Shown here: positions 1 through 9,192 of the stretch, in pieces
Numbering within the stretch: the stretch's first letter is position 1
How the letters are laid out: every line of letters starts with the position of its first letter
Origin: Sporomusaceae bacterium
GTDB lineage: Bacteria > Bacillota > Negativicutes > UBA1444
Direction: 5' to 3'
Length of the DNA stretch: 64,000 bases
Assembly (NCBI GenBank): GCA_018434355.1
Contig: JAHDPL010000029.1
Span: 1,127 to 65,126 of the forward strand
The notes under the pieces: model-generated
Told to the model about the DNA's origin: nothing
Seen by the model: only the letters and a program-made list of their open reading frames with translations
Database searches by the model: none
Program-made: the position numbers and the translations under genes

Positions 1-1
1 T

Positions 2-172
2 GATTTTTGGGATTTCGGCACCAATGCGATCACGCCGGTAGCGATGGGAATTCCCACGATTGGCTTCGGACCGGGCGAATACAAGCTGGCGCACATGAAG
101 GATGAGCGATGCGCGGTGAGCAAGATCAAAGAAGCCTGTGAGGTATACTGCCATTTGATCAAATTGCTTTAG
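2..172 (+). CDS. 3' end of M20-family metallohydrolase (YgeY-like), truncated by window start
   Basis: Frame-2 translation DFWDFGTNAITPVAMGIPTIGFGPGEYKLAHMKDE...LL* carries the M20 C-terminal GIPTIGFGPG...AH..DE motif. Confidence 0.75.
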   Translation, partial: DFWDFGTNAITPVAMGIPTIGFGPGEYKLAHMKDERCAVSKIKEACEVYCHLIKLL

Positions 173-266
173 GCAACGAGTTTCTGCCACTCGACCAATC
201 GTCATTTGCCCTTTATAATGGTGTTTGGCAAACTATCATTTTGATCTGTATGGAAAGGCGTTGTCC

Positions 267-1400
267 ATGAGAAAAACCATCTTTGCGTGTCTGTCGTTCG
301 CTTTCATCCTGTTTTCCGCTCCCGTGTTCGCAGCGCCGGCGCCCTTAAATCTTTCGGCGAAATCGGCGATTTTGTTGGTGGCGTCGACCGGCGAAGTCCT
401 GTACGAAAAAAATGCCCATGCGCAGCAATACCCTGCCAGCACGACCAAAATGATGACGATCATTACAGCATTGGAAGACGGAAATCTGAACGACATCGTG
501 ACGACCAGCGCCAATGCCGCCAATACCGAAGGGTCTTCGATGTATTTGCGACCGCAGGAACGGTTGCGGCTGCTGGACATGCTGTACGGGGTGGCGCTAG
601 TATCCGGCAACGATGCGGCGGTCGCCATTGCCGAGCATTTGGACGGCTCTGTGGAACGTTTTGCTAAACGAATGACGGATAAAGCGCAGGCGATCGGCGC
701 CGTGCGGACCAATTTCCGAAACCCGTCAGGCCTGCCGGACCCCCGCCATTACTCCACTGCGTTCGACCTGGCCCGCATTGCGGCCTATGGCTACAAGAAT
801 CCACGTTTTGCCGAAATCGTCGGTGCAACGCACAAAAAGATCGTGACCAGCCAAAAACAGGAAACCTATTATAATGAAAATAAGTTGCTGAATCTTTATG
901 ACGGAGCCAACGGCGTCAAAACCGGTTACACCGATGCCGCCGGCCTGTGCCTGGTTTCGGCGGCCAAACGCGGCAACACCCAGCTGATTGCGGTGGTGCT
1001 GGATGCCGATTTCATGTGGCAGGATTCAATGGCGCTGCTCGATTACGGCTTTAACCATCTCGGTGAAAAAACACTGGTGAAAGCGGGCGAAGTGGTTGAT
1101 GCCGTTCAGGTCCGGTACGGACTGTCAGGGGCTGCGAAGGCGGTGGTGCGCAATAACATCATTGTTCCCGTGAGTCGCAGCAGCAAAGACTCGCTTCAGA
1201 TCGTCGTGGACATCGCCAGGGACATTCATGCGCCGGTCGTTGCCGGTCAAAGCATCGGCGTGGTCAAGGTGCTATATCGTAACCAGGAAGTCGCTTCGAG
1301 CGAAGTCGTCCTGACTGAATCAATCAGCGAGAAGTCCTGGTGGGGGCGGATCAGGGAGTACTTTGCCCAGTTGTTCAGTGTCGGAAGGGCGTCTGCATGA
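267..1400 (+). CDS. D-alanyl-D-alanine carboxypeptidase (peptidase S11, DacB/DacF-like)
   Basis: Signal peptide; SxxK (PASTTK), SGN and KTG motifs; PBP5 C-terminal domain; ATG at 267 preferred. Confidence 0.93.
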   Translation: MRKTIFACLSFAFILFSAPVFAAPAPLNLSAKSAILLVASTGEVLYEKNAHAQQYPASTTKMMTIITALEDGNLNDIVTTSANAANTEGSSMYLRPQERLRLLDMLYGVALVSGNDAAVAIAEHLDGSVERFAKRMTDKAQAIGAVRTNFRNPSGLPDPRHYSTAFDLARIAAYGYKNPRFAEIVGATHKKIVTSQKQETYYNENKLLNLYDGANGVKTGYTDAAGLCLVSAAKRGNTQLIAVVLDADFMWQDSMALLDYGFNHLGEKTLVKAGEVVDAVQVRYGLSGAAKAVVRNNIIVPVSRSSKDSLQIVVDIARDIHAPVVAGQSIGVVKVLYRNQEVASSEVVLTESISEKSWWGRIREYFAQLFSVGRASA

Positions 1401-1998
1401 GCCACAGGCAGTAGAGGCCAAAGCCGGCGATGAGCAGACCGGAGAGCTGGTTGACCCTCTTCAGCTGGTGCTTCCCAACGCGTTGCCGGAAGAAATGTAC
1501 CGCACCGCTCAGTAGCAACCACCACAGCATGGAACCGAAAAAGACGCCGGCAATCAGCGCAACTGCCGCCATGAAGTTGCTGTCGGCGGTTCCTAGCCCC
1601 AGCCCGGCGAAAACGGCGGCAAACGACAAAATCGTCATCGGATTGGTTATCGTCAGTATCAAGGTCGAAACATAAGCGCCCAACAGACCTTGCCCAGTCG
1701 CGGCGGCAGCCGTTTCGGCCGGCAGCGACCGAAAGGTCGTAACGCCCAAGTATAACAGAAATAGCCCGCCGCCGGCTTGCAGGAAGCGCTGGTGATCCAG
1801 CAGGAAATTGGTGACGACGGACAGACCAAACGCAGCCATCGCGCCGTAGAGTGCATCGGCGGTAGCGGCGCCAAGACCCGATACGAAGCCGCTCCCGATT
1901 CCGCCGGTTAGCGTGCGCCGGATGCACAGCAGTCCGATCGGTCCGACCGGCGCGGCGATGGAAAACCCTAAAAAGATTCCTTTCAACAAAAACGGCAT
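1375..1998 (-). CDS. LysE family amino-acid exporter
   Basis: GFSIAAPVGPIGLLCIRRTL..G...G...GLGAATAD and LTITNPMTI motifs; hydrophobic. Confidence 0.92.
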   Translation of the reverse strand: MPFLLKGIFLGFSIAAPVGPIGLLCIRRTLTGGIGSGFVSGLGAATADALYGAMAAFGLSVVTNFLLDHQRFLQAGGGLFLLYLGVTTFRSLPAETAAAATGQGLLGAYVSTLILTITNPMTILSFAAVFAGLGLGTADSNFMAAVALIAGVFFGSMLWWLLLSGAVHFFRQRVGKHQLKRVNQLSGLLIAGFGLYCLWLMQTPFRH

Positions 1999-2001
1999 CG
2001 T

Positions 2002-2472
2002 TTATTCAACTCCCCTGCTAAGCGGCAGTACGGGAGTTTCTTTGATTGTGGACAGGATGACGGTGGTTTTGGTTCTGACACCGGGAAACGCCTTGAGTTC
2101 GCTGCTGATCAGTCGCTCGAGGTCGCGGGTGCCGGAACAACGGACCTTAAGGATATAATCGACGTCTCCAGCCACGTGATGGCATTCCAAGATTTCGGCC
2201 AATTCGCCGATTTTTTTTATGATGGCCGGGCGAGATTCGGGATTTTCAATCGTCAGCGATATGAGCGCCGCAAGACCGCGCCCGATGGCCTCGGGGTCGA
2301 TCAGCGCCGCATATCCCTTGATTACGCCGGATTCCTCCAGTTTTCGCACCCGCTCGGCCGCCGCAGGCGCCGACAAGCCGATCAAGGCGCCGAGCTCCGC
2401 CCAGGTTGTGCGTGCGTTGGACATGAGTTGGCCAATTATTTTCGAATCGTTAATATTCACCGAAGTATTCAT
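2002..2472 (-). CDS. Lrp/AsnC family transcriptional regulator
   Basis: D.KII..L..NAR....ELG..IGLS..A..ERVRKLEESGVI.GY HTH and ECHHVAGD.DY RAM domain; directly upstream of lysE. Confidence 0.93.
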   Translation of the reverse strand: MNTSVNINDSKIIGQLMSNARTTWAELGALIGLSAPAAAERVRKLEESGVIKGYAALIDPEAIGRGLAALISLTIENPESRPAIIKKIGELAEILECHHVAGDVDYILKVRCSGTRDLERLISSELKAFPGVRTKTTVILSTIKETPVLPLSRGVE

Positions 2473-2659
2473 TCCTTTCGAAACTATTACGCCAATTATA
2501 TTTTGTAATAAAAATAAATGCAAGGGAATCTACAGGAAGAGCGTTGATGCTTGCTCGGCGGCGCTGTGCAGAAAACGTCATAAGGCACTTGACGGCGTGA
2601 TATAACGGTGTTATATTTGCGGAGGTGATATAACATTGTTATAAAGTGGGGTTGTTGCC

Positions 2660-4069
2660 ATGAAAATTGTTGTCCTGAACGGAAGCCCCAAGGGAGATCT
2701 CAGCGTTACCATGCAATTCGTCGCGTTCCTGGCAAAAATGAATCCGCAGCATAACCTGAAAATAATCAACATTGCCCAACAGATCAGGCACATCGAGAAT
2801 GACGGTCGCAAGTTCGATGAAGTCATGGCTGACATTGAAACCGCCGACGGAGTGATTTGGGCGTTTCCGCTTTATGTCTTTTTGGTTCATTCGCATTACA
2901 AACGCTTCATTGAACTGATTTTTGCAAGAAACAAGACGGAGGTGTTCCGTGACAAATACACGGCGGTATTTTCCACGTCGATTCATTTTTTTGACCACAC
3001 CGCGCACCAATATATGCGGGGAATCTGCGATGACCTGAACATGCGTTTTTGCGACGCCTTTTCAGCCGGGATGCGCGATTTATTCAAGTCGGTAGAACGA
3101 GAGAACCTGCTGAAATTTTTCCGTGGATTTCTTGCCGCGATACAGAGAAAAGCGCCTTGTGCCAGACAGGTTAAGCCGTTGGAACTCAATAATCCGGAGT
3201 ACGTTCCGGGGGAAGCTGTCGCGCCGACGTTTGTTCATTCGCGAAGCATTATTATTGTCACCGATGCAGAGGAGACGCAAGTCAACCTGCTTCGCATGAT
3301 CGACCGGTTTGCCGCCCAGTTTGCCGAACGACCGCAAGTGGTCAATTTGCGCCAGGTAGAAATTAATGGCGGCTGTCTTGGCTGTATCCGCTGCGGTTAT
3401 GACAACCATTGCGCCTATACGGGACGAGATGAATTCATCGATATGTTCAACCGGCTAAAAACCGCAGATATTCTGGTTTTTGCCGGAGCTATTCAAGACC
3501 GTTACCTGTCATCGTTGTGGAAAACATTTTTTGACCGGGCCTTTTTCAACACCCACATGCCGAACTTTGTCGGCAAACAGCTGGCATTCCTGGTGAGCGG
3601 ACCGTTGCAGCAACTGCCGAATCTGCGGCAGATCCTGGAGGCTTACACCGAACATCAGCAAGCAAATTTGGCGGGAATCGTCACCGACGAGCAGAGTCAT
3701 GTCGGTGAAACCGACTCCGCGCTGCGGGAGTTGGCCCTACGCAGTTTGGACTATGCGGACCGCGGTTATAAAAGGCCGAACAGCTTCTTTGGCGTTGGCG
3801 GATTAAAAATATTCCGCGATGAAATCTGGGGGCCGCTGCGTTTCCCGTTTGTCGCCGACCACCAGTATTACAAGCAGCATGGAGTTTATGACTTTCCGCA
3901 ATATGATTACGCTTCGCGGATCCGCAACGCTTTCCTTGGCTTGCTGGCGAAGATTCCGGCGGTTCGCAAGGAGCTTTATGGACCCAAGATGACTGAATAC
4001 ATGGTTCGCGACTACAAGCGGTTCGTTGAAAAGGGGGAGCATCATGCAGGATTGGACGGATCAGACTGA
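2660..4069 (+). CDS. Two-domain flavodoxin-like NAD(P)H-dependent oxidoreductase (iron-sulfur flavoprotein-like C-terminal half)
   Basis: N-terminal MKIVVLNGSPK flavodoxin motif; second domain with CLGCIRCGYDNHC (CX2CX2CX5C). Confidence 0.8.
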   Translation: MKIVVLNGSPKGDLSVTMQFVAFLAKMNPQHNLKIINIAQQIRHIENDGRKFDEVMADIETADGVIWAFPLYVFLVHSHYKRFIELIFARNKTEVFRDKYTAVFSTSIHFFDHTAHQYMRGICDDLNMRFCDAFSAGMRDLFKSVERENLLKFFRGFLAAIQRKAPCARQVKPLELNNPEYVPGEAVAPTFVHSRSIIIVTDAEETQVNLLRMIDRFAAQFAERPQVVNLRQVEINGGCLGCIRCGYDNHCAYTGRDEFIDMFNRLKTADILVFAGAIQDRYLSSLWKTFFDRAFFNTHMPNFVGKQLAFLVSGPLQQLPNLRQILEAYTEHQQANLAGIVTDEQSHVGETDSALRELALRSLDYADRGYKRPNSFFGVGGLKIFRDEIWGPLRFPFVADHQYYKQHGVYDFPQYDYASRIRNAFLGLLAKIPAVRKELYGPKMTEYMVRDYKRFVEKGEHHAGLDGSD

Positions 4070-4679
4070 TACGCGCGGCGTGATTCTGACCAAGGCGCGG
4101 CAGCTCTTTTTGACCCTCGGCTATCATAAGACCACGATGCGAAACATTGCCGAAACAGCGGGGATTTCGACCGGGCCGCTCTACTTTCATTTTCGTGATA
4201 AGGCGGAAGTTTTCTATCATATCTGCAATGAGGCGTTCGAACGACTGGAAGCTGATTTTTCCCGTGTCTCCCAAGCGGAAAAAACTGCCGGCGAGCGGCT
4301 GCGCGACATATTCTTGGCCTATAAGGCCTTTTATTACCGTGAACCGCAGTTGTTTGCGATGATGCATATGGCGACAGACCCGCTGTCAGGAATCGGATTG
4401 CCTGCGCCGCTTGCCGAGTCGTTATTGAAAAAAGGGCTGAGTCTGGTCAAGAATATGGAAATGCTGATTCGTGACGGGATTGCCCGCCAGGAGCTGCGAC
4501 CGGTGGATCCGGCCAAGCTGGCTGTATATCTGTTTTCGGTCGCCGAAGGGATTTTTGTTTCCAATCGTATGGGGATTCTACGGCAACAGGATATCGGCGT
4601 GGATGAAATGATTGGCGCTGCGATCGAATTGATCGAAGTCGGCATGATCGGTGCGGGGCAAGCCCTTGAAAAGCCATAA
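4044..4679 (+). CDS. TetR/AcrR family regulator
   Basis: A..LF...GY..TT...IA..AGIS.G.LYFHF.DK HTH; overlaps the flavoprotein 3' end. Confidence 0.92.
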   Translation: MQDWTDQTDTRGVILTKARQLFLTLGYHKTTMRNIAETAGISTGPLYFHFRDKAEVFYHICNEAFERLEADFSRVSQAEKTAGERLRDIFLAYKAFYYREPQLFAMMHMATDPLSGIGLPAPLAESLLKKGLSLVKNMEMLIRDGIARQELRPVDPAKLAVYLFSVAEGIFVSNRMGILRQQDIGVDEMIGAAIELIEVGMIGAGQALEKP

Positions 4680-4691
4680 CCTGCTTGTCCT

Positions 4692-4730
4692 GAAAAGTTC
4701 TTTCGCTGTTATCGGCGAGAGAACTTTTTT
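4692..4730 (+). terminator. Intrinsic terminator after tetR
   Basis: Stem aaagttctttcgc / gcgagagaacttt followed by a T-run. Confidence 0.7.
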
Positions 4731-4848
4731 CCTTTATTGCAACATTTTTCACAAACAAAGTGGTAAAATGAGACGTTGGCAAAAATAGCCATGGTAGATA
4801 TCGGAAGGTGTCTGCAAAAAATGTGATCGTGTTTTTGGAGGGGTATTC

Positions 4849-5370
4849 ATGAAAAAATCGGTATTGTTCTCACTAGTGGCCATCTTGTTGGTATCCATGC
4901 TGGTGGCCGGTTGCGGCGACGAGCCGACGGCGGAGCAAAAACAGAAAGACATGGATAAGGTTTTTACCCAGTTGGCTGAACAACTTACCCGTTTCGCCAA
5001 AGCATCACCGCAGCTGCTTAAGATTTCAAGCGACTATAAAAACAAGAGCGTTGACGCTGCCCAGGCAAGAAAAAACATGCTGGCGATGGGCGATGAGTAT
5101 GGCGATATCGCAGCCAATTTCAAGAAAATTGCTGCCCCACAGTGGTTTTCTTCTGACAACAAGACCAAGTTTGAAGAAATGAAAAAGCAGTACGTGGAAG
5201 CCAATGAAACGATGAAAGCGTTTGTGCCGCTATACGTAAAAATCATCATAGATAACAAAGGGACCAAGGACGATCTGGCAAAATTAAAAGAATATGAAGC
5301 CATTAGAGGCGACCGTGCAAAGAAAGGGGCCGAGCTATTCGCCCATTTTGAAAAAGGTGGCTGGAAATAA
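4849..5370 (+). CDS. Hypothetical lipoprotein
   Basis: RBS GGAGG; signal peptide with lipobox VAGC; helical, Lys-rich mature part. Confidence 0.8.
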   Translation: MKKSVLFSLVAILLVSMLVAGCGDEPTAEQKQKDMDKVFTQLAEQLTRFAKASPQLLKISSDYKNKSVDAAQARKNMLAMGDEYGDIAANFKKIAAPQWFSSDNKTKFEEMKKQYVEANETMKAFVPLYVKIIIDNKGTKDDLAKLKEYEAIRGDRAKKGAELFAHFEKGGWK

Positions 5371-5389
5371 ATCTGAGGAGTGAAGGGAT

Positions 5390-5866
5390 ATGCTGAAAAA
5401 ATATCTGCTGTGCCTGTTGCTAACGATTGGTCTGCTCATTTCGGGAACAGTTTGTGCCAAGCCGGGTGATGCCGACTACAGCGGATTGTTGAAGATTTCG
5501 GAAGTGGAAAGCGTTGCCGGCAAAAGCAAATTGAGTCTGAAGTCGATGGACTCCAAGAAAAGCGGGGAGGCTTATGACCTGCAGTACTTCACCGTCGATG
5601 GACACGCTATCCTGATGATTCAGGTGCTGCGCGGCAGCGATTATGAGATGTATTACAGGGACTATCGTTGCCAAGACTACCGCCCCATGGAATACGCGTT
5701 TTGGGGTCCGAAAAACGCCACACCGGAGAACCCGCCCAGCCAGCTGTGGTTTCGCAAGGGTGATGCGCTGATTTTTATCGAGAGCGGCTATGATAAGTCC
5801 GGCAAGACCGACTTAAACGCCGAGATGATGGAGCGGATCGCCGCGATTATTGCATCGCGGTTATAA
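5390..5866 (+). CDS. Hypothetical secreted protein
   Basis: RBS; Sec signal peptide ending in VCA; no recognised motif. Confidence 0.75.
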   Translation: MLKKYLLCLLLTIGLLISGTVCAKPGDADYSGLLKISEVESVAGKSKLSLKSMDSKKSGEAYDLQYFTVDGHAILMIQVLRGSDYEMYYRDYRCQDYRPMEYAFWGPKNATPENPPSQLWFRKGDALIFIESGYDKSGKTDLNAEMMERIAAIIASRL

Positions 5867-5888
5867 AAAAGAAGGATGGTGTTTGGGA

Positions 5889-6263
5889 ATGAAGTGGACA
5901 AAGCAACTGGTGGTCGTGGTGTTGGCCTGCGTCGTGGTGATGTCGCTGCAGGGCGTCGTATCGGCCGGAAAACAGGACTTTACGCTGGTCAACAAATCTC
6001 CGTTCAAAATCGTCGGCTTCTGGGTAGCGCCAGCGGACAGCGACAATTGGGAGGAGAACATTTTGGAAGGGATGGCGGTTGGCAGCAACGAAAGCATCGA
6101 CATCACATTTGACAATTCCAATAATGTTACTTGGTGGAACTTCCGGATCAAGGACAGCAGCGGCAAGACTTGGAACTGGGAAAAGAAAAAGTACAATCTG
6201 ACACAGATTTCGGAGCTGACCTATTACTATAACGGGTCGTTGGGCAGTATCCGATACAAATAA
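5889..6263 (+). CDS. Small secreted beta-rich hypothetical protein (QDFTLVN...WEENIL family)
   Basis: Signal peptide followed by QDFTLVNKS...WVAPADSDNWEENILEG, a pattern I recognise from small uncharacterised secreted proteins. Confidence 0.75.
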   Translation: MKWTKQLVVVVLACVVVMSLQGVVSAGKQDFTLVNKSPFKIVGFWVAPADSDNWEENILEGMAVGSNESIDITFDNSNNVTWWNFRIKDSSGKTWNWEKKKYNLTQISELTYYYNGSLGSIRYK

Positions 6264-6279
6264 GGCAAGTTAAAAATCG

Positions 6280-6316
6280 AAGGGGTTGCGGATGATTCCG
6301 CAGCCCCTTTGTTTTT
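6280..6316 (+). terminator. Intrinsic terminator
   Basis: aaggggttgcgga-tgat-tccgcagcccctt followed by tgttttt. Confidence 0.8.
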
Positions 6317-6360
6317 GATTATGACTATTGGCGATGAAGATATATTTTTAGCCGCAATAA

Positions 6361-6387
6361 GCAGGAATATTTAAAAGTCTGAAGAAT
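6361..6387 (+). promoter_or_regulatory. SigH-like promoter upstream of riboswitch/diguanylate cyclase
   Basis: GCAGGA-ATATTTAAAAGTCTGAA(17)-GAAT matches the Bacillota SigH consensus AGGA-N17-GAAT. Confidence 0.55.
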
Positions 6388-6419
6388 AAATAAAATAATA
6401 ATGATATAATGTATACAAC

Positions 6420-6503
6420 TTAATAATGGGCAAACTTATCGAAAGGTAAGGGCGCAAAGCCATTGGGTCTAAGGGGAACACCTATGACAGCCAGGTTGCA
6501 GCA
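6420..6503 (+). ncRNA. Cyclic di-GMP-I (GEMM) riboswitch
   Basis: GGGCAAAC-TTATC-GAAA-GGTAAG-GGCGCAAAGC...GGTCTAAG...CTATGACAGC-CAGGTTGC: GNRA loop, tetraloop receptor, and G20/C92-equivalent bases. Confidence 0.92.
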
Positions 6504-6525
6504 GGCAGTGATGTCATAGTTCATG

Positions 6526-6554
6526 AACCGGAGATTTTTATCTTTGGTTTTTTT
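6526..6554 (+). terminator. Riboswitch expression-platform terminator
   Basis: aaccggagat-tttt-atctttggtt plus ttttt, between the aptamer and the DGC start. Confidence 0.75.
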
Positions 6555-6597
6555 GTTTGCGATTTGGCTTGAGAAGGGAGGCAACGCGAGAACGAAG

Positions 6598-7725
6598 ATG
6601 ATTGAAGTTCAAGTTAACGTATTTATGGTCATATTGTTGCTTAGTATTGCAGTTCATGCATATTTAAATTTCAATCGCAGAGAAAGAGCCCAACAATCTT
6701 TCTTTGGCTTGTTGTTATTGGCCATTTTGGTACTGGTGCTGGAAATTTTGAGCGTATTATTAAACTCCCCAGCCCATCAAAATCTTCTTATGCTGCATAA
6801 AATCGTGAATACCGCCGGCTTTGCCATTGCTCCAATGGTTTCCGCCGCTGCGGCCCTGTTCGTTTACCATAGGATCAAGCGGCATGCGATGATCAGGCCC
6901 GGCAAAACCTATTGGCTGCTTGCACCGTTGCTTGTCAATGCCGTGTTTGCATTGGGCAGTTATCACTATAACTGGATTTTTCACATCACCAGCGAGAATT
7001 TGTACGTACGGGGGCCGCTGTTCTTTGTGTCGCCCATGTCCGTATTCTTCTTTTACGGATTGGCCCTGTGGATTTTGCATGTTAATCGACGCAAAATCGT
7101 CACGGCAGAATTATTTTCCTTGACGTTACTGGCCGTGATGCCTTTGCTGCTGTCGTTATTTCAATTATATTATTTTGTCTACCTGACGATCTGGAACAGT
7201 TTGGCGATTGCAATAACAATCAATTATATGTTCCTTTTGCACAGCCAGACTAGGATCGATCCATTGACGGGCCTAGGCAACCGGTTGGCGCATGACGAAT
7301 ATCTGGCAAGCATGAGCCGGAAAAGCCAGCTTGTTTTGTCAGTAGTGAACATTGATCTGGACAACTTCAAAAACATCAACAATGCTTATGGACATCACGA
7401 AGGAGACCGGGTTTTGCGGGCATTTGCCCAGGAATTGAAGGCCGTGTTCGAAGGTTTTGGCGAGCCAATCAGGGTCGGCGGCGATGAGTTTATCGTCTGG
7501 GTTCACACGAATGACCGGACGCTTATCGAAGGCTATCTCAAGACGCTTACCGCAAAACTTAACGCCGGCAAATCCAAGCGACGATTGCCGTACCCTGTCA
7601 GTTTCAGTTATGGGATAACCGTGTTCAACGATGGTTATAAAGACTTGCAGGAGTTTATCCAGCACAGCGATCGGTTGATGTATGAGGCCAAACACAGGAA
7701 ACGCCTCCGTTCGCTGTGGGCATAA
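6598..7725 (+). CDS. Membrane-bound diguanylate cyclase (multi-TM sensor plus GGDEF)
   Basis: About 7 TM segments; DPLTGLGNR, DLDNFKNIN.AYGH.EGD and RVGGDEF motifs; no RxxD I-site. Confidence 0.92.
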   Translation: MIEVQVNVFMVILLLSIAVHAYLNFNRRERAQQSFFGLLLLAILVLVLEILSVLLNSPAHQNLLMLHKIVNTAGFAIAPMVSAAAALFVYHRIKRHAMIRPGKTYWLLAPLLVNAVFALGSYHYNWIFHITSENLYVRGPLFFVSPMSVFFFYGLALWILHVNRRKIVTAELFSLTLLAVMPLLLSLFQLYYFVYLTIWNSLAIAITINYMFLLHSQTRIDPLTGLGNRLAHDEYLASMSRKSQLVLSVVNIDLDNFKNINNAYGHHEGDRVLRAFAQELKAVFEGFGEPIRVGGDEFIVWVHTNDRTLIEGYLKTLTAKLNAGKSKRRLPYPVSFSYGITVFNDGYKDLQEFIQHSDRLMYEAKHRKRLRSLWA

Positions 7726-7752
7726 GCCGACAGACAAAGGAGGCGCTTCGGG

Positions 7753-8301
7753 CTAATTGCAGACGGCGGTGCCGCGGCGCATATAATCGATCAGTTCCTT
7801 CATGCGGCCCTCGCGACCTTCGATTTCTAGCATCTTGATGACCAACATGCCGCGTCCGAGTTTTTCATAATATACGCCATCATATTTGTCGGGGCTTGGT
7901 TTGCCGATCATGGCATCAGGTGGCGGCTGACGCTTGACGATGAACAGGGTGCCGCCAAAAAACTCGAATCGTCCCTGATAGTTCGGATTGCTCTGCAGAC
8001 GTTTTTCTTCGTTGCGGATGTCTTTGGCAATCGTTTCTTCGTAGCCTTGATCGACCATCGGCGCCGGTTGTGTCATACCGACATAGGAATAGGTGACCGA
8101 CGATTCGATATAGCCGTTCGCATTCTTTTTCACTGCAGTAAATGAATGTTGGCGGAGGGGATCCTGATCGATCTGGGTCGGAGTAGAACTGGCCGAATAC
8201 ATCGGCGGAATCGGCAGTTCTCTGCTGGACGCCGCGGCGACGGTGAATACGGAGAAAAGCAAACCGAGGGCCAGCAAACAGGAGACGATGCGCAGTTTCA
8301 T
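7753..8301 (-). CDS. Hypothetical secreted protein
   Basis: RBS GAGGAGG; Sec signal peptide; no recognised domain. Confidence 0.75.
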   Translation of the reverse strand: MKLRIVSCLLALGLLFSVFTVAAASSRELPIPPMYSASSTPTQIDQDPLRQHSFTAVKKNANGYIESSVTYSYVGMTQPAPMVDQGYEETIAKDIRNEEKRLQSNPNYQGRFEFFGGTLFIVKRQPPPDAMIGKPSPDKYDGVYYEKLGRGMLVIKMLEIEGREGRMKELIDYMRRGTAVCN

Positions 8302-8313
8302 AAGATAACCTCC

Positions 8314-9063
8314 TCAGCGTTGATTGAATAGCAGACTGACTTCAGCGGCGGACAAGGCGCGTTTGTAGATCCGCAGATCGTCGATTGCGCCGTCCAGCGG
8401 GTTTTTCCCTCCCGGCAGACCTCCTACATATAAGCGACCGGCAGTATCGTCGCGAAACTTTTTGCCGTCGCGATCTTTGGCGGTGACAGAGATTTCTTTG
8501 TTTCCGTTAATATATATAGCAATCGCATCGCCGTCAAAAACCAGCGTGACCAAAGACCAAGCCGAATGCAGCTCATAACTGCCAACGCCGCTGGTTCCGC
8601 CGATCGGCTCAAAGCCGTTCGTCATCTGGGCGGCGGAAAAAATAATGTCATGGGTTCCCTGAGCTTTCAGGCGAAATTGATAGTCTCCCCAGTTTTTCTG
8701 TTGGTCGGTGTTTTCTTTGGCGACCAGGGTGGCGTCCGGGTTGCGGCCGGCATCGTCGGATGCCAGTTTCAGCCACAATGAAATACTGAACTGGCCGCCT
8801 AGGTTCAAAGATGGTGAAGCAGGAATCTGGACATAGCCTCCGCTAAACATCGCGTAACGCCCGATGGCGCCGCCGTCGACAAAAGAAATGTTGCCATTGG
8901 CTGTTCCGTGATTGTTGTTGCCGGAAATGTCGCGAAAATCACCGTCGAGTTTCCAGTGCAGGACGAGTGACGGGTCTGGCGCCGCCGCAGCGCCGCCTGT
9001 ACTCAGCAGTACGAACAAACAAGTCAATACACAGAAAAAGCGCAGTTGACGGTAACGGTTCAT
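8314..9063 (-). CDS. Secreted LamG/concanavalin A-like domain protein
   Basis: LVLHWKLDG..D.SGN.NHG, FSISLW, W..VT.V.DG..I.IYING and F.G.IDDLRIY.RALS.AEV-like motifs. Confidence 0.88.
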   Translation of the reverse strand: MNRYRQLRFFCVLTCLFVLLSTGGAAAAPDPSLVLHWKLDGDFRDISGNNNHGTANGNISFVDGGAIGRYAMFSGGYVQIPASPSLNLGGQFSISLWLKLASDDAGRNPDATLVAKENTDQQKNWGDYQFRLKAQGTHDIIFSAAQMTNGFEPIGGTSGVGSYELHSAWSLVTLVFDGDAIAIYINGNKEISVTAKDRDGKKFRDDTAGRLYVGGLPGGKNPLDGAIDDLRIYKRALSAAEVSLLFNQR

Positions 9064-9192
9064 AAAATCCCTTCTTTCCCTTAGAATGCTAGACGTGTGT
9101 AAATGGCGATCATCATATAGTTGAAGCATAGCGAACAGCCGATTCTTCTGTCAAGAAAAAACTGAAAAAAGTGAACGCTTCAGCAAAAGGGA

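Noticed and set aside
6420-6503. Possible cyclic AMP-GMP (GEMM-Ib) specificity of either riboswitch
   Set aside because: Both aptamers keep G at the G20-equivalent and C at the C92-equivalent position, consistent with c-di-GMP
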